Origin: Gnetum montanum
Lineage: Eukaryota; Plantae; Gnetophyta
NCBI GenBank assembly: GCA_015680685.1
Contig: MNCI01003186.1
Span: 391,068 to 455,067 of the forward strand
Direction: 5' to 3'
DNA: 64,000 nt
Part shown: piece after piece, positions 54,066-64,000 of the stretch
Numbering within the stretch: position 1 is the stretch's first letter
Layout: each line of letters opens with the position of its first letter
Program-made: the position numbers and the translations under genes
The notes under the pieces: generated by a model
Seen by the model: the letters and a program-made list of their open reading frames with translations, nothing else
Databases searched by the model: none
What the model was told of the DNA's origin: nothing

Positions 54066-57000
54066 CCCAAGAAAGTCAACCTACCTCCCCCAATATATGT
54101 TGATTGTGATGAGTTCCACCAAACTGTCCTGCATCCTTATAAATTTGGCCTCCAAGAGGGTGTTTTCAAGAAAAACACTCTTAGAGAGAGAGCACCAAGT
54201 AAGGGTGCCCTCAAGAAGAATGATCTCACAGAGGGCCTCCTCAGGGAGAATGCTCTTACATGGACAACACAAGGCACTCTTACTAAGGATTCTCTCACTA
54301 AGACCACTCTAAGTGAAGATGCTATCAAGGAGACTGCTCTAAGTGAGGGTGCTCTTATGGAGGCCACCCTAACAAAGGGTGCTCTCAGGGAGAATGTGCT
54401 TAGGGAGGGTGCTCTCAGGGGAACACTCTCAAGGAGTGCACTCTGATAGAGAACACTCTTAAGGAGGACACTTGTGGGGAGGGTGTTTTCAAAGAGGGTA
54501 TCCTAAGGAAGGGCACTCTCAAAGAGGACACTCTCCTAGAGAACGCACTCAACGATGGTGATCTTGGGTAGAACACTCTTCCATGTGTAGTGCAAGGTGC
54601 TCATTAGGAGAATGCTCTTAGAAAGGGCACTCTTAAGAAAAACACTGTCAAAGAAGCTACTCTAATGAAGGATGCAATCTAGGAGGCTACTCTCCAAGAG
54701 AATTCTCTCAATGAGGGCACTCTCAAGGAGAACACTCTCATGTGTGTAGCATAAGGCGCTCTTAGGGAGAATGCTCTCAGGCAAGTCACTCTAATAGAGG
54801 GCATGATTAGTGAGAAAGCTCTCAAGGAGGGTGCTCTCAGGGAGGAAATCCTTAGGGAGACTACACTCATGGAGGGCACTCTTCATGAGAATGATCTCAA
54901 CAAGGGTGATCTTAAGGAGAACACTCTTACATGCATAGCACAAGGCACTCTGACAAAGGGTGCTCTCAAGGAGAATGCTCTCAAGGAGGTTGCTCTAACA
55001 GAGGATGCTCTTTAAGAGAATGCTCTCAAAGAGGGTGCTCTCAAGGAGAACACTCTCACGTGTGTAGCACAAGGCACTCTCAAGGAGGATTCTCTCAAGA
55101 AGAACACTCTTAGGGAGGTTGATCTAATGAAGGGTGCTATCATAGAGAATGATCTTGGGGAGGGCACTCTTAGCAAGGGTGCTCTTAAGGAGGATGCTCT
55201 CAGAGAGGATGTCCTCAGGGAGGGCACTCCTATGGAGGGTGCTCTCTAAGAGAACACTCTCAATGAAGGTGCTCTTAAGGAGAACATTCTCATGTGTGTG
55301 GCATAAGGTGATCTCATGGAGAACACTCCCATGAAGGGTGCTCTTAAGGAGAATGATCTTAGAGAGGCACCTTTAATGGAGGGCACTCTTTAGAAAAATG
55401 CTCTTGGGAAGGGTGCTATCCAAGAGAATGCTCTCAATCAGGGTGCTCTCAAGGAGAACACTCTCACATGCATAGTGTAAGGAACTCTTACGGAGAATGC
55501 TTTGAGAGAGGGTGCTCTCAAGGAGAATAGTCCTAGAGACACTACTCTAATGAAGGATGCTCTTAAGGAGAACACTCTTGATGAGGGTTCTCTAATGGAG
55601 GGTGCTCTTAGGGAGAACACTCTCTAGGAGGGTTCTCTTAGGAAGGGCACTTTACGAGAGAATGCTTGCAACGAGGGTGATCTTGAGGAGAACACTCTTA
55701 TGTGCGTGCTGCAAGCTGCTCTCAAGAAGGCTACTCTAATGGAGGGTACTCTCTTAGAGCACACTCTCAGGAAGGGTGCTCTTTGGGAGGGCATCCTCAA
55801 GGAGAGAACTCTTAGGGAGGGCACTCTCAAGGAGGGTGCTCTCCAAGAAAATGCTTTCAATGAGGGTGCTCTTGAGAAGAACACTCTCATGTGCATAGCG
55901 AACGATGCTCTTAGGGAGAATGCTCCAAGGAAGGCCACTCTCAAGAAGAGCACTCTCAAGGAGGGCACTGTCAACAAGGGTGCTCTTGAGGAGAACACAC
56001 TCGTATGCATAGTGCAAGGTGATCTTAGGAAGGACACTCTCAAGAAGAATGCTCTTTGGAAGGCCACTCTAATGGAGGGCACTCTCAATGAGAACACTCT
56101 TGAGGAGGGTGCTCTTAGAGAGAGTTCTCTCATAGAGAATTCTCTTAAGGAGGATGCTGTTGAGGAGGGAATCCTCAAGGAGACTAATCTCAGGGAGGAT
56201 GTTCTCAAGGAGGGTACTCTTAGGAAGGGCACTCTCCAAGAGAATGCTTGCAATGAGGGTGATCTTGAGGAGAACACTCTCACATGTGTAGCACAAAGTG
56301 CTCTCATGGGCAATGCTCTCATGGAGGGCACTCTTAAGGAGAACGCTCTTGTGGAGACCACTCTAACAAAGGGTGATATCAAGAAGAATTCCTTAGGAAT
56401 GGAACTCTTCAATAGAATGCTCTCAACGAGGGCACTCTAGGAAGAATGCTCCTAGGGAGGGCACTCTCAAAGAGAACACTTTCTGAAAGGCCACTCTAAT
56501 GAAGGGTTCTCTCAAGGAGAACACTCTCAGGAAGGGTGTTCTTAAGGAGGGCACTCTCATGGAGAATGCTCTTAAGGAGGTTGCTCTCAAGGAGGGAATG
56601 CTTAGGGAGACCACTCTTAGGGAGGGATTTCTCAGTGAGTGCACTCTTAGGGAGGGTGCTCTCCAAGAGAATGCTCTTAACAAGGGTGCTCTCAAGGAGA
56701 ACACTCTCACATGCATAGCATAAGGTGTTCTCATGGACAACGCTCTCATGGAGGGTGCTCTCAAAGAGAACACTCTCTAGGACACCTCTCTAATAGAGGG
56801 TGCTCTCAGAGAGAACACTCTCGGGAAGGGTGCTCTCAGGGGGGGCATTCTCTGAGAGAACACTCTCAACGAGGGCACTCCTCGGAGAATGCTTCCAGGG
56901 AGGGCACTCTTGGGGAGGGTGCTCTTAAGAAGAATGTTCTCTGGAAGGCCACTCTAATGGAGGGTGCTCTTAAGAAGAATGATCTTGGGGAGGGCACTCT

Positions 57001-57090
57001 TAGGAAGGGAGCTCTCATGGAGAATGCTCTTAAGGAGGACGCTCTCGAGGAGGGCATCCTTAGGGAGAACTCTGAGGAAGGGGGTTATTA
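54048..57090 (-). repeat. Start of the next rDNA repeat: spacer promoter (54081-54149) plus 15-bp array, truncated at ~57090
   Basis: Colinear with 31445 onward (CTCTTAGAGAGAGAGCACCAAGTAAGGGT in both); offset 22,598 bp. Confidence 0.9.
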
Positions 57091-57890
57091 GGAAGGTGCT
57101 CGTTGAATGCATAACAATACATCCCTTTCTCCTCATGGCATCCATTCCATCAAAAGAAAAGAAGTTATCATTACAGAACTTAAAAGGTATCTCATCAAGA
57201 AATCATGTCTTGATGATCTTCAAAAAATTTGGTTGCAACTTTTTCAATGACTTCATGCCCAAATATATTCTTCTTGCTTGTTGGTCAAATTTTTCAACCT
57301 TGTTCCTGCTACTTCTCATCGATCACTTCTGGCTAGACTTCATCAAAGTAATGATGTTCATGTTAGAAAATAGACCCCTCTCATCTTCAAATTGGATTTC
57401 AGTACTTCTACTAAATCCTTGAACATGAGGACCCTCCTAAATCCTATACTTGTTTGGCTTTGTCAAAAATATTTAACTCTCCAGAATGTCATTCTAGATG
57501 TGGTCACTTGCTGGCGTAATGCAAGAAATCTGCATTCACTTATCATTAAGAATAGATTCAAGTGCTTCATCCCACCTCCACTTTGGCCTGAACTAGTGGG
57601 GCCTAGTTAAATTTTCAAAGTTCCTATAATTTTAAATTTTCTTAAGTTTAGACAATTTAAATTCAGCACTTTAGCATTTGTGCTCTTGATGTTACCTTTG
57701 TAAGCTTAAGACACACTAAAGAGGGGTGAGAATCCCTAAAAAAATATTGTATTTTTGCTTCATTTGGTTAATGTCAATTTGAGCTTTTTTAGTTTCTATT
57801 CTTTTTTCCTCCTCTATTTTCCACTTTGTATTTCTATTAGCCATACAAGATCAAAACAAAATTTTTTATAAATCAAAATTTTTTTATAAT

Positions 57891-58335
57891 CTTAAAACCT
57901 CTAAATCCTAATTGGTAAACCATGAATCCTAAACTCTAAACCCTAAAAACTTAAAAAACCTAAATCCTAAACCTTGAACTCTAGATCCTAAACCTTGAAC
58001 CCTAATCCCTAAAACCCTAAAACCTAAAAATCCTAAACCCTAAACCCTACACCCTACACCCTAAGAACCCATAAACCCTAAATCCTAAAACCTAAACCCT
58101 GAACTCTAAACTATGAACCCTAAACCCTGAATCCTAAGAACCCCTAAACCCAAAACCCTAAACACTAAACCCCTAAAACCTAAACCCTAAGAACCATAAA
58201 CCCAAAACCCTAATCCCTAAAACCCTAAAACTTGAATCCTAGAACCCTGAACCCTAAAACCTTAAAACCATAAATCCTAAACTCTAAACCCTGAACCTTG
58301 AACCCTAAACCCTAAATCATAAATCATAAATCCTA
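57891..58335 (+). repeat. Degenerate interstitial telomeric repeat (CCCTAAA)n
   Basis: Arabidopsis-type CCCTAAA with variants CCTTGAA, TCCTAAA, CCATAAA. Confidence 0.9.
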
Positions 58336-58825
58336 TACTTCTTCAGCTCTACCAAAAGATCCAACTTTTTGACCAATCACATTTTGAAAAATTGTTTGTA
58401 ATAGATATCAGTATTGCCTCCCACCCCCATCTCGGCTAGCATTATTGGGGCCCATTCTATTTTTTGTTGTAATCTTTTATTTCTATTTTTTATTTTTATC
58501 TTCTATTTTTTGTTTTTATCTTTTATTTATATTTTCAAGCTAGGAGCCTATAAATTCTTTGTACTGGCATGCTCACCTCCTTGCCTCTGTAGCTTCAGCT
58601 ACCTACCCATATTGCCTTAGCACACTGAAGAGGGGTGCAAGTCCCTAAAAACATTTTGTGTAGCAACTAATATTGCACAATGCCATGAGATTTTCAATTT
58701 TTTAATTTTTCAGATTTTCCTTTACTGCATTACTATTCCTTTACCAAGCCACACAAGATCATTCATAAATTTTTTAACTCCTAAAACTTTTTAAGTTCAA
58801 AAATTTTTTAAGTCCTAAAATTTTT

Positions 58826-58896
58826 TAAACTCTAAACCCTGAACACTAAACCCTAAACCCTAAACCTTGAACCTTGAACCCTAAACCCTAAATCCT
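58826..58896 (+). repeat. Short (CCCTAAA)n tract
   Basis: About 10 degenerate units. Confidence 0.85.
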
Positions 58897-59016
58897 ATAC
58901 TTCTTCGTCTCTACTAAAAGATCCTACTCAATAACGAATTTTCTTTTTAAAAAGTATTTGTAACAAATGCTAGTACCACTTTCCACCCCCATCTTAGCCA
59001 GTATGAGTGGGGCCCA

Positions 59017-59276
59017 TTCTATTTTTGTTTTTATCTTTCTTTCTATTTTTATTTTTATCTTTCTTTCTATTTTTTGTTTTTATCTTTCTTTCTATTTTAT
59101 ATTATCTTTGTTTCTATTTTTTATTTTTATCTTTCTTTCTATTTTTTATTTTTATATTTCTATCTATTTTTTGTTTTTATCTTTCTTTTTATCTTTCTTT
59201 CTATTTTTTTATTTTTATCTTTCTTTCTATTTTTTTAAATTTTTATCTATTTTTTTTATCTTTCTTTCTATTTTTG
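59017..59276. repeat. T-rich low-complexity repeat (TTTTTATCTTTCTTTCTAT)n
   Basis: Directly visible; variable-length version in each composite unit. Confidence 0.9.
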
Positions 59277-60396
59277 ATGTTAGGAGCCTATAAATTCATT
59301 ATGCTAGCATGCTCATCTCCTTGCCTATGTAGCTTTGGCTACCTGGCCGTATTGCCTTAGCACATTGATGAGGGGTGCAAGTCCTTGAAAACATTTTGTG
59401 TAACAAATAATGTTGTGCAATGCTATGAGCTTTTCTATTTCTAACTATTTATATAGTTCTATAGTTTTTCCTCTAGTGTGTTATCGTTCCTTTGCCAAGC
59501 CACATGAGGTCCATTCAAAATTTTCAAGTCCTAAAATTTCTCTCTATCTTACTGCCTTGGAAACGTTCAACTTTGCATGCCAATTTTCTTTTGTTATTCT
59601 CTAGATTCTAAACATTTTCATTTTCTTATTTTTGGTTAGACATATCCATTGCTAATTCATCACGGTTGATTCTCGTTGTTGGCTCGGTGTCTTGGGAAAC
59701 TACTCAACTTACTTGAATCCTGTTGGTTGTGGTTTCTTCAGATACTATTCTTCTTCAGTATTGCCAATTCCTTTATAGCTTTCCTTTAGCACCGTTGTAG
59801 CTCTTCTCTCCACCACTGTTGGATTCCAGCACCGTTGTAGCTTTTCGCTTCATTTATATTAATGGTTTTTGTTTTTTTCTGTTGCCAATGGATGCCTATA
59901 ATCTTGTCATTCTATAGTGTTGTCAGACCTCTCATGTTCAGTGATCAAACATAAGGGCATTCCTAAGTCCTATACTTCTTTGACTTTGCCAAAAGATCTG
60001 ACTCAATGACCAATTGCCTTTTGGAAAATTATTTGTAACAGATGCTAGTACCACTTCCCACCTGCATCTTGGCCAGTACAAGTGGGGCCCATTATATTTT
60101 TCTTTCTATATTTCTTTCTATTTTGAAATTTGGGAACCTATAAATTCATTGTACTAGCATGCTCATCTCCTTGCCTTTGTAGCTTTCGTTGTCTGGTTGC
60201 ATTACCTTAACACATTGATGAGGGGTGAAGGTCCCTAAAAATGTTTTGTGTAACAACTAACATTGTGCAATGCTATGAGCTTTTTTATTTCTAACTATTT
60301 TTATAGTTCTACAGTTTTTCCTCTACTACATTACCATTGCTTTGCTAAGCCGCATGAGATCCAGTCAAAATTTTTAAGTCCTAAAATTTTTAAGTT

Positions 60397-60561
60397 CTAA
60401 ACCCTAAACCCTAAATCCTAAACCCTAAGAACCCTAAACCCTAAACACTAGAACCATAAACCCTAAATCATAAACCCTTAAACCCTAAACCCTAGACTCT
60501 AAACCTTGAACACTAAACCCTAAACCTTAGAACCCTTGAATCTCAAACCCTAAACCCTAAA
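60397..60561 (+). repeat. (CCCTAAA)n tract abutting 25S fragment
   Basis: Ends ..AAACCCTAAACCCTAAA, then 25S sequence. Confidence 0.9.
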
Positions 60562-61445
60562 TACCACTACTTTTAACATTATTTTACTTAATATGTTGGT
60601 CAAGAATAGGGCACAACCCTTGCTTTTGGACCTAAGATACACCTCAACACATCAATCCATGTGGAAGACAAAGTCATGTGGAACAGATAACACAAGTGTC
60701 CTAAGATGAGCTTAATGAGAATAAAAATCCCATGTGGAATAGAAGGGTAAAAGCTCATTTTATTTTGATTTTTTGTATGAATACAAACCATGAAAGCATG
60801 GCCTATTGATCCTTTTGATCTTGGGAAATTGAAGCTAGAGGTGTCAGCAAAGTTACCACAAGGATAATTGGCTTGTGATAGCTAAGCGTTCATAGTGACA
60901 TTGCTTTTTGATCCTTTGATATTTGCTTTTACTATCATTGTGAAGTAGAATTTACCAAGTGTTGGATTGTTCACCCAACAATAGGGAACATGAGCTGGGT
61001 TTAGACCATTATGATATAGGTTATTTTTACCCTATTAATGATGCATGCCATGATAGTAATTCAACTTAGTACGAGAGGAGCTATTGATTCATACAATTGG
61101 TCATCATGTTTGGTTGAAAAGCCAATGATGTGAATCTATCATGTGTTGGATTATGACTAAATGCTTCTAAGTTAGAATATATGCTAAAGGTGGTGCCTCT
61201 TTCCTTGTCGATTGCTATAAGACCTATGATAGGGGTAGCTTTGTTGCTTCTGTTGCCATGCGTTGATGGTATCTCTTGGTCTTGACTACATGTGAGGGCA
61301 CTAGGGGCTATGCAGTTTCATTTCAAGTGGTTAACAAGAAGAATCCTTTATAGATGACTTAAATACATGATGGGGTATTGTAAGTGGTAGAGTGACCTTG
61401 TTTCCATGATCCACTGATATTTAGCCCTTTATCATTGAGATTCAT
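60559..61445 (+). rRNA. 25S rRNA pseudogene, 3' ~900-nt fragment (unit 2, opposite orientation)
   Basis: AAATACCACTACTTTTAAC..GAAGCTAGAGGTGTCAG..GGATTGTTCACCCA..GATCCACTGA; reverse complement of ~38414-39327; ~30-nt deletion near 60678. Confidence 0.95.
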
Positions 61446-61815
61446 GATCACCACCTCCTTTCTATATTCCCTTTTCATCTTCTTCAAGATTACTTTTGCT
61501 TTGGCTTCACAGAAACTTGGTTGTATTCCATCCCACCAAAATTAGCATCTCATGGGGGTTAGTGAATAGGGGTCATGCATTTATTTCGAGAGATGGATGT
61601 GTTTCCATTCCCAGGCAAATGGTCCTCTTCTTTTGAGTCAAATCCTAGACGGTAGCCTTAGAATCTGAATATTGAATACACAAACAAGGAACCTTCCCTA
61701 CCTTTGAGGTTATATGGAGTGGATACTACAACTAATAGATGCCTTTGCATGCAGACACTCTTGACAAGCATGAGGTTCCCACTTTCGACCGTGATTGACT
61801 TCTGAAGCATTAGCC
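61446..61815 (+). other. 3' ETS of rDNA unit 2
   Basis: Homologous to the reverse complement of 37975-38413, with an internal deletion. Confidence 0.75.
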
Positions 61816-64000
61816 CATGGGTCTAACTGAGACCTAAGTAATTATATCCAAATGGACCCTTAGGATCAAGTGTTGGACAAAAAGATCCTCACGACTAAAA
61901 GATTGGCCTGACAGATCCTTGGGATCAAGTGTTGGCCAAACGAATCCTTCAAGACCAAGCATTGGTCAAATGGATCGTTTAGGATCAATCATTAGTCAAA
62001 TGGACCCTCAGGACTAAGGGTTGATCCAATAGACACTCTGGATAAACTGTTGGCCACATGGACCCTTGGGACTAAATTTATAAGGGTACAAGATGGTATG
62101 GCTGAGTTTGGATTGGCAAAATAGATCCTTGGGGACCAACTATTGGCTAGATGAACCCTTAGGACCAACTGTTAGCCAGAAAAACCCTTAGGAACAAGGG
62201 TTGGCCCAGTAGATCCTCAAGAGAAACTATTCACTAAATAGACCCTCAACACTAAGTGTTGGCTAAATAAACCCTTGGGACCAACTATATGCCAAATGGA
62301 CCCTTAGGACCAAATGTTGCCCAAATAGACCCTCAAGAACAATTGTAGGCAAAATGGACCCTTAGGACCAAATGTTGTCCAAAAAAACCCTTAGGACCAA
62401 GGGTTGATCCAATGGATCCTTGGGATCAAGGGTTGCCCCAATGGACACTTAGTACCAACTATTGAATAAACAGATTCTCAAGACTAAATTTATAAGGATT
62501 TAGGATGGTATGACAAAGGCTAGGTTGGCAAAATGGATGCTCAAGACCAATTGTTGGCTAGATGAATCCTTAGGACCAAGGGCTGGCCCAATAGACTATC
62601 TAGACCAAGTGTTGATAAAATGAACCCTTGGTGACAAGTGTTGATCAAATGGACCCTTAGGATTAACTATTCATTGAATAGACCCTTGATACTAAGGGTT
62701 GGCTTGATGGACCCTCAAAACCAAGTGTTGCCCAAATAGACCCTTAATACTAGATATAGGCCCTTGGAACGAAATGTTGCCCGAACAAACCCTTGGGACC
62801 AAGGGTTGATCCAATGAATCCTCTAGATAGAGTGTTGGCTGCAAGGATTCTTAGGACAAAATGTTGCCAAAATGGACCCTTGGGACGAAGGTTTGTGACC
62901 TAACAGACCCTCTAGACAAAGTGTTGGCCACACAGACCCTTGGGACCAAGGGTTGGCTCAAAAAACCCTTAGAACCAACTATTAACTAGAAAGATCCTTG
63001 GGGCTAACTATAGGCATAATGAACCCTCATGACCAAGGTTTTTCCCAATGGACCCTTAGGACCAAGTGTTGGCCAAAGGATCAAGGGTTGACTCAATGGA
63101 TCCTTGGGATCAACTATATGCAAAACAAACCCTCAGGACAAACTCTTGGTCAAATGGACCTTGGAGACCAAATTTATAAAAGTGCAAGATGGTATGGTGG
63201 AGCCTGGGTTGGCAAAATGGATTCTTAGAACCAACTATTGGCTAGATCGACCCTCAAAACCAACTAAACCCTCGAGACCAAGGGCTGGCCTAGCAGATCC
63301 TTGGGAGAAATTATTCACTGAACAAACCTTTGGTACTAAGGGTTAGCATTTTGGACTCTCAAAACCAAGTGTTGGCCAAATGAACCCTTGGGACTAGCTA
63401 TAGCTAAAATAGACCCTTAGGATCAAATGTTGTTCTAATGAATCCTAGGGACAAGGGTTGACCCAATGGACCCTCTAGACAAATTGTTGGCCACACAAAC
63501 CCTTAGGACCAAATGTTGCCCAAGCTAACCTTTAAGACCAAGGGTTGATCCAACAGACACTCTAGACAAAGTGTGTAGGATGGTATGGTGGAGCATAGGT
63601 TGGAAAAATGGATCCTCAAAACCAACTATTGGCCAAATAGACCCTCAAGATCGACTATAGGCAAAATGGATCCTTGGGACCAATGGTTGGCCCAGTAGAC
63701 CCTCAAGATGAACTATAGGTAAAATAGACTCTTATGACCAACCAAGTGTTGGCCCCATGATCTCTCACAACTAAGGTTTGGCCCAACAGACCCTCAAGAC
63801 CAAGTGTTGGCCCAATGAATCCTCAAGACTAAGTGTTTTCTAGATGAACCCTTGGGATCAACTATTGGTCAAAAAAACCCTGAAGACAAAATTTATAAAG
63901 GTTCAGGATGTTATGGTGGAGCTTGGGTTGGCAAAATAAAGCATTGGGACCAACTGTTGGCCAAATAAACCCTCACGATCAAGGGTTGGCCTAATGGACC
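61816..64000 (+). repeat. 29-bp IGS subrepeat array of unit 2 (runs off window)
   Basis: CCAAATGGACCCTTGGGACCAAGTGTTGG units; truncated promoter modules (AAATTTATAAGG..GATGGTATG) at ~62074, 62486, 63170, 63888. Confidence 0.92.

Larger units (their letters stand above)
57660..60561. repeat. Composite telomere-associated repeat, ~4 units of 740-910 bp
   Basis: CACAyTrAwGAGGGGTG..TCCCTAAAA at ~57712, 58621, 59361, 60211. CCTATACTTCTT..AAAAGATC and GGGGCCCATT..CCTATAAATTC blocks recur three times. Confidence 0.85.

Noticed and set aside
57090-57660. Possible transposase or gene fragment at the rDNA junction
   Set aside because: No recognisable motif in any frame; left unassigned.
58967-59360. 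Hydrophobic membrane-protein-like ORFs (also 9445-9720, 24253-24549)
   Set aside because: Translations of T-rich low-complexity DNA.
57891-60561. Head-to-head telomere-telomere fusion
   Set aside because: All tracts are CCCTAAA on the + strand; no TTTAGGG tract is present.

Overview
Plant heterochromatic DNA, probably from a gymnosperm (inferred from a ~935-bp ITS1 and the 5.8S stem variant); no intact host protein-coding gene is visible. 1-30.6 kb: two decayed Athila-like Ty3/Gypsy LTR retrotransposons (2592-12341 and 17046-30287). The second has an AAGGT target-site duplication (TSD) and a long extra ORF, and is nested in an older Tekay-like LTR remnant. 31.4-57.1 kb: a complete pseudogenised 35S rDNA unit on the minus strand plus part of the next unit. 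Repeat period is ~22.6 kb. A solo LTR is inserted in the 18S. The ~15-kb spacer is built from 15-, 29-, ~223- and ~640-bp subrepeats and nine Pol I promoter-like modules, two of them inverted. 57.7-60.6 kb: degenerate CCCTAAA telomeric tracts embedded in a composite repeat. These are fused directly, with telomerase-like polarity, to a second, oppositely oriented 25S/3'ETS/spacer fragment (60.56-64 kb). All old sequence is heavily eroded by C>T/G>A transitions. Almost all ORFs in the supplied track are spurious or fragments. All comparisons were made by eye.
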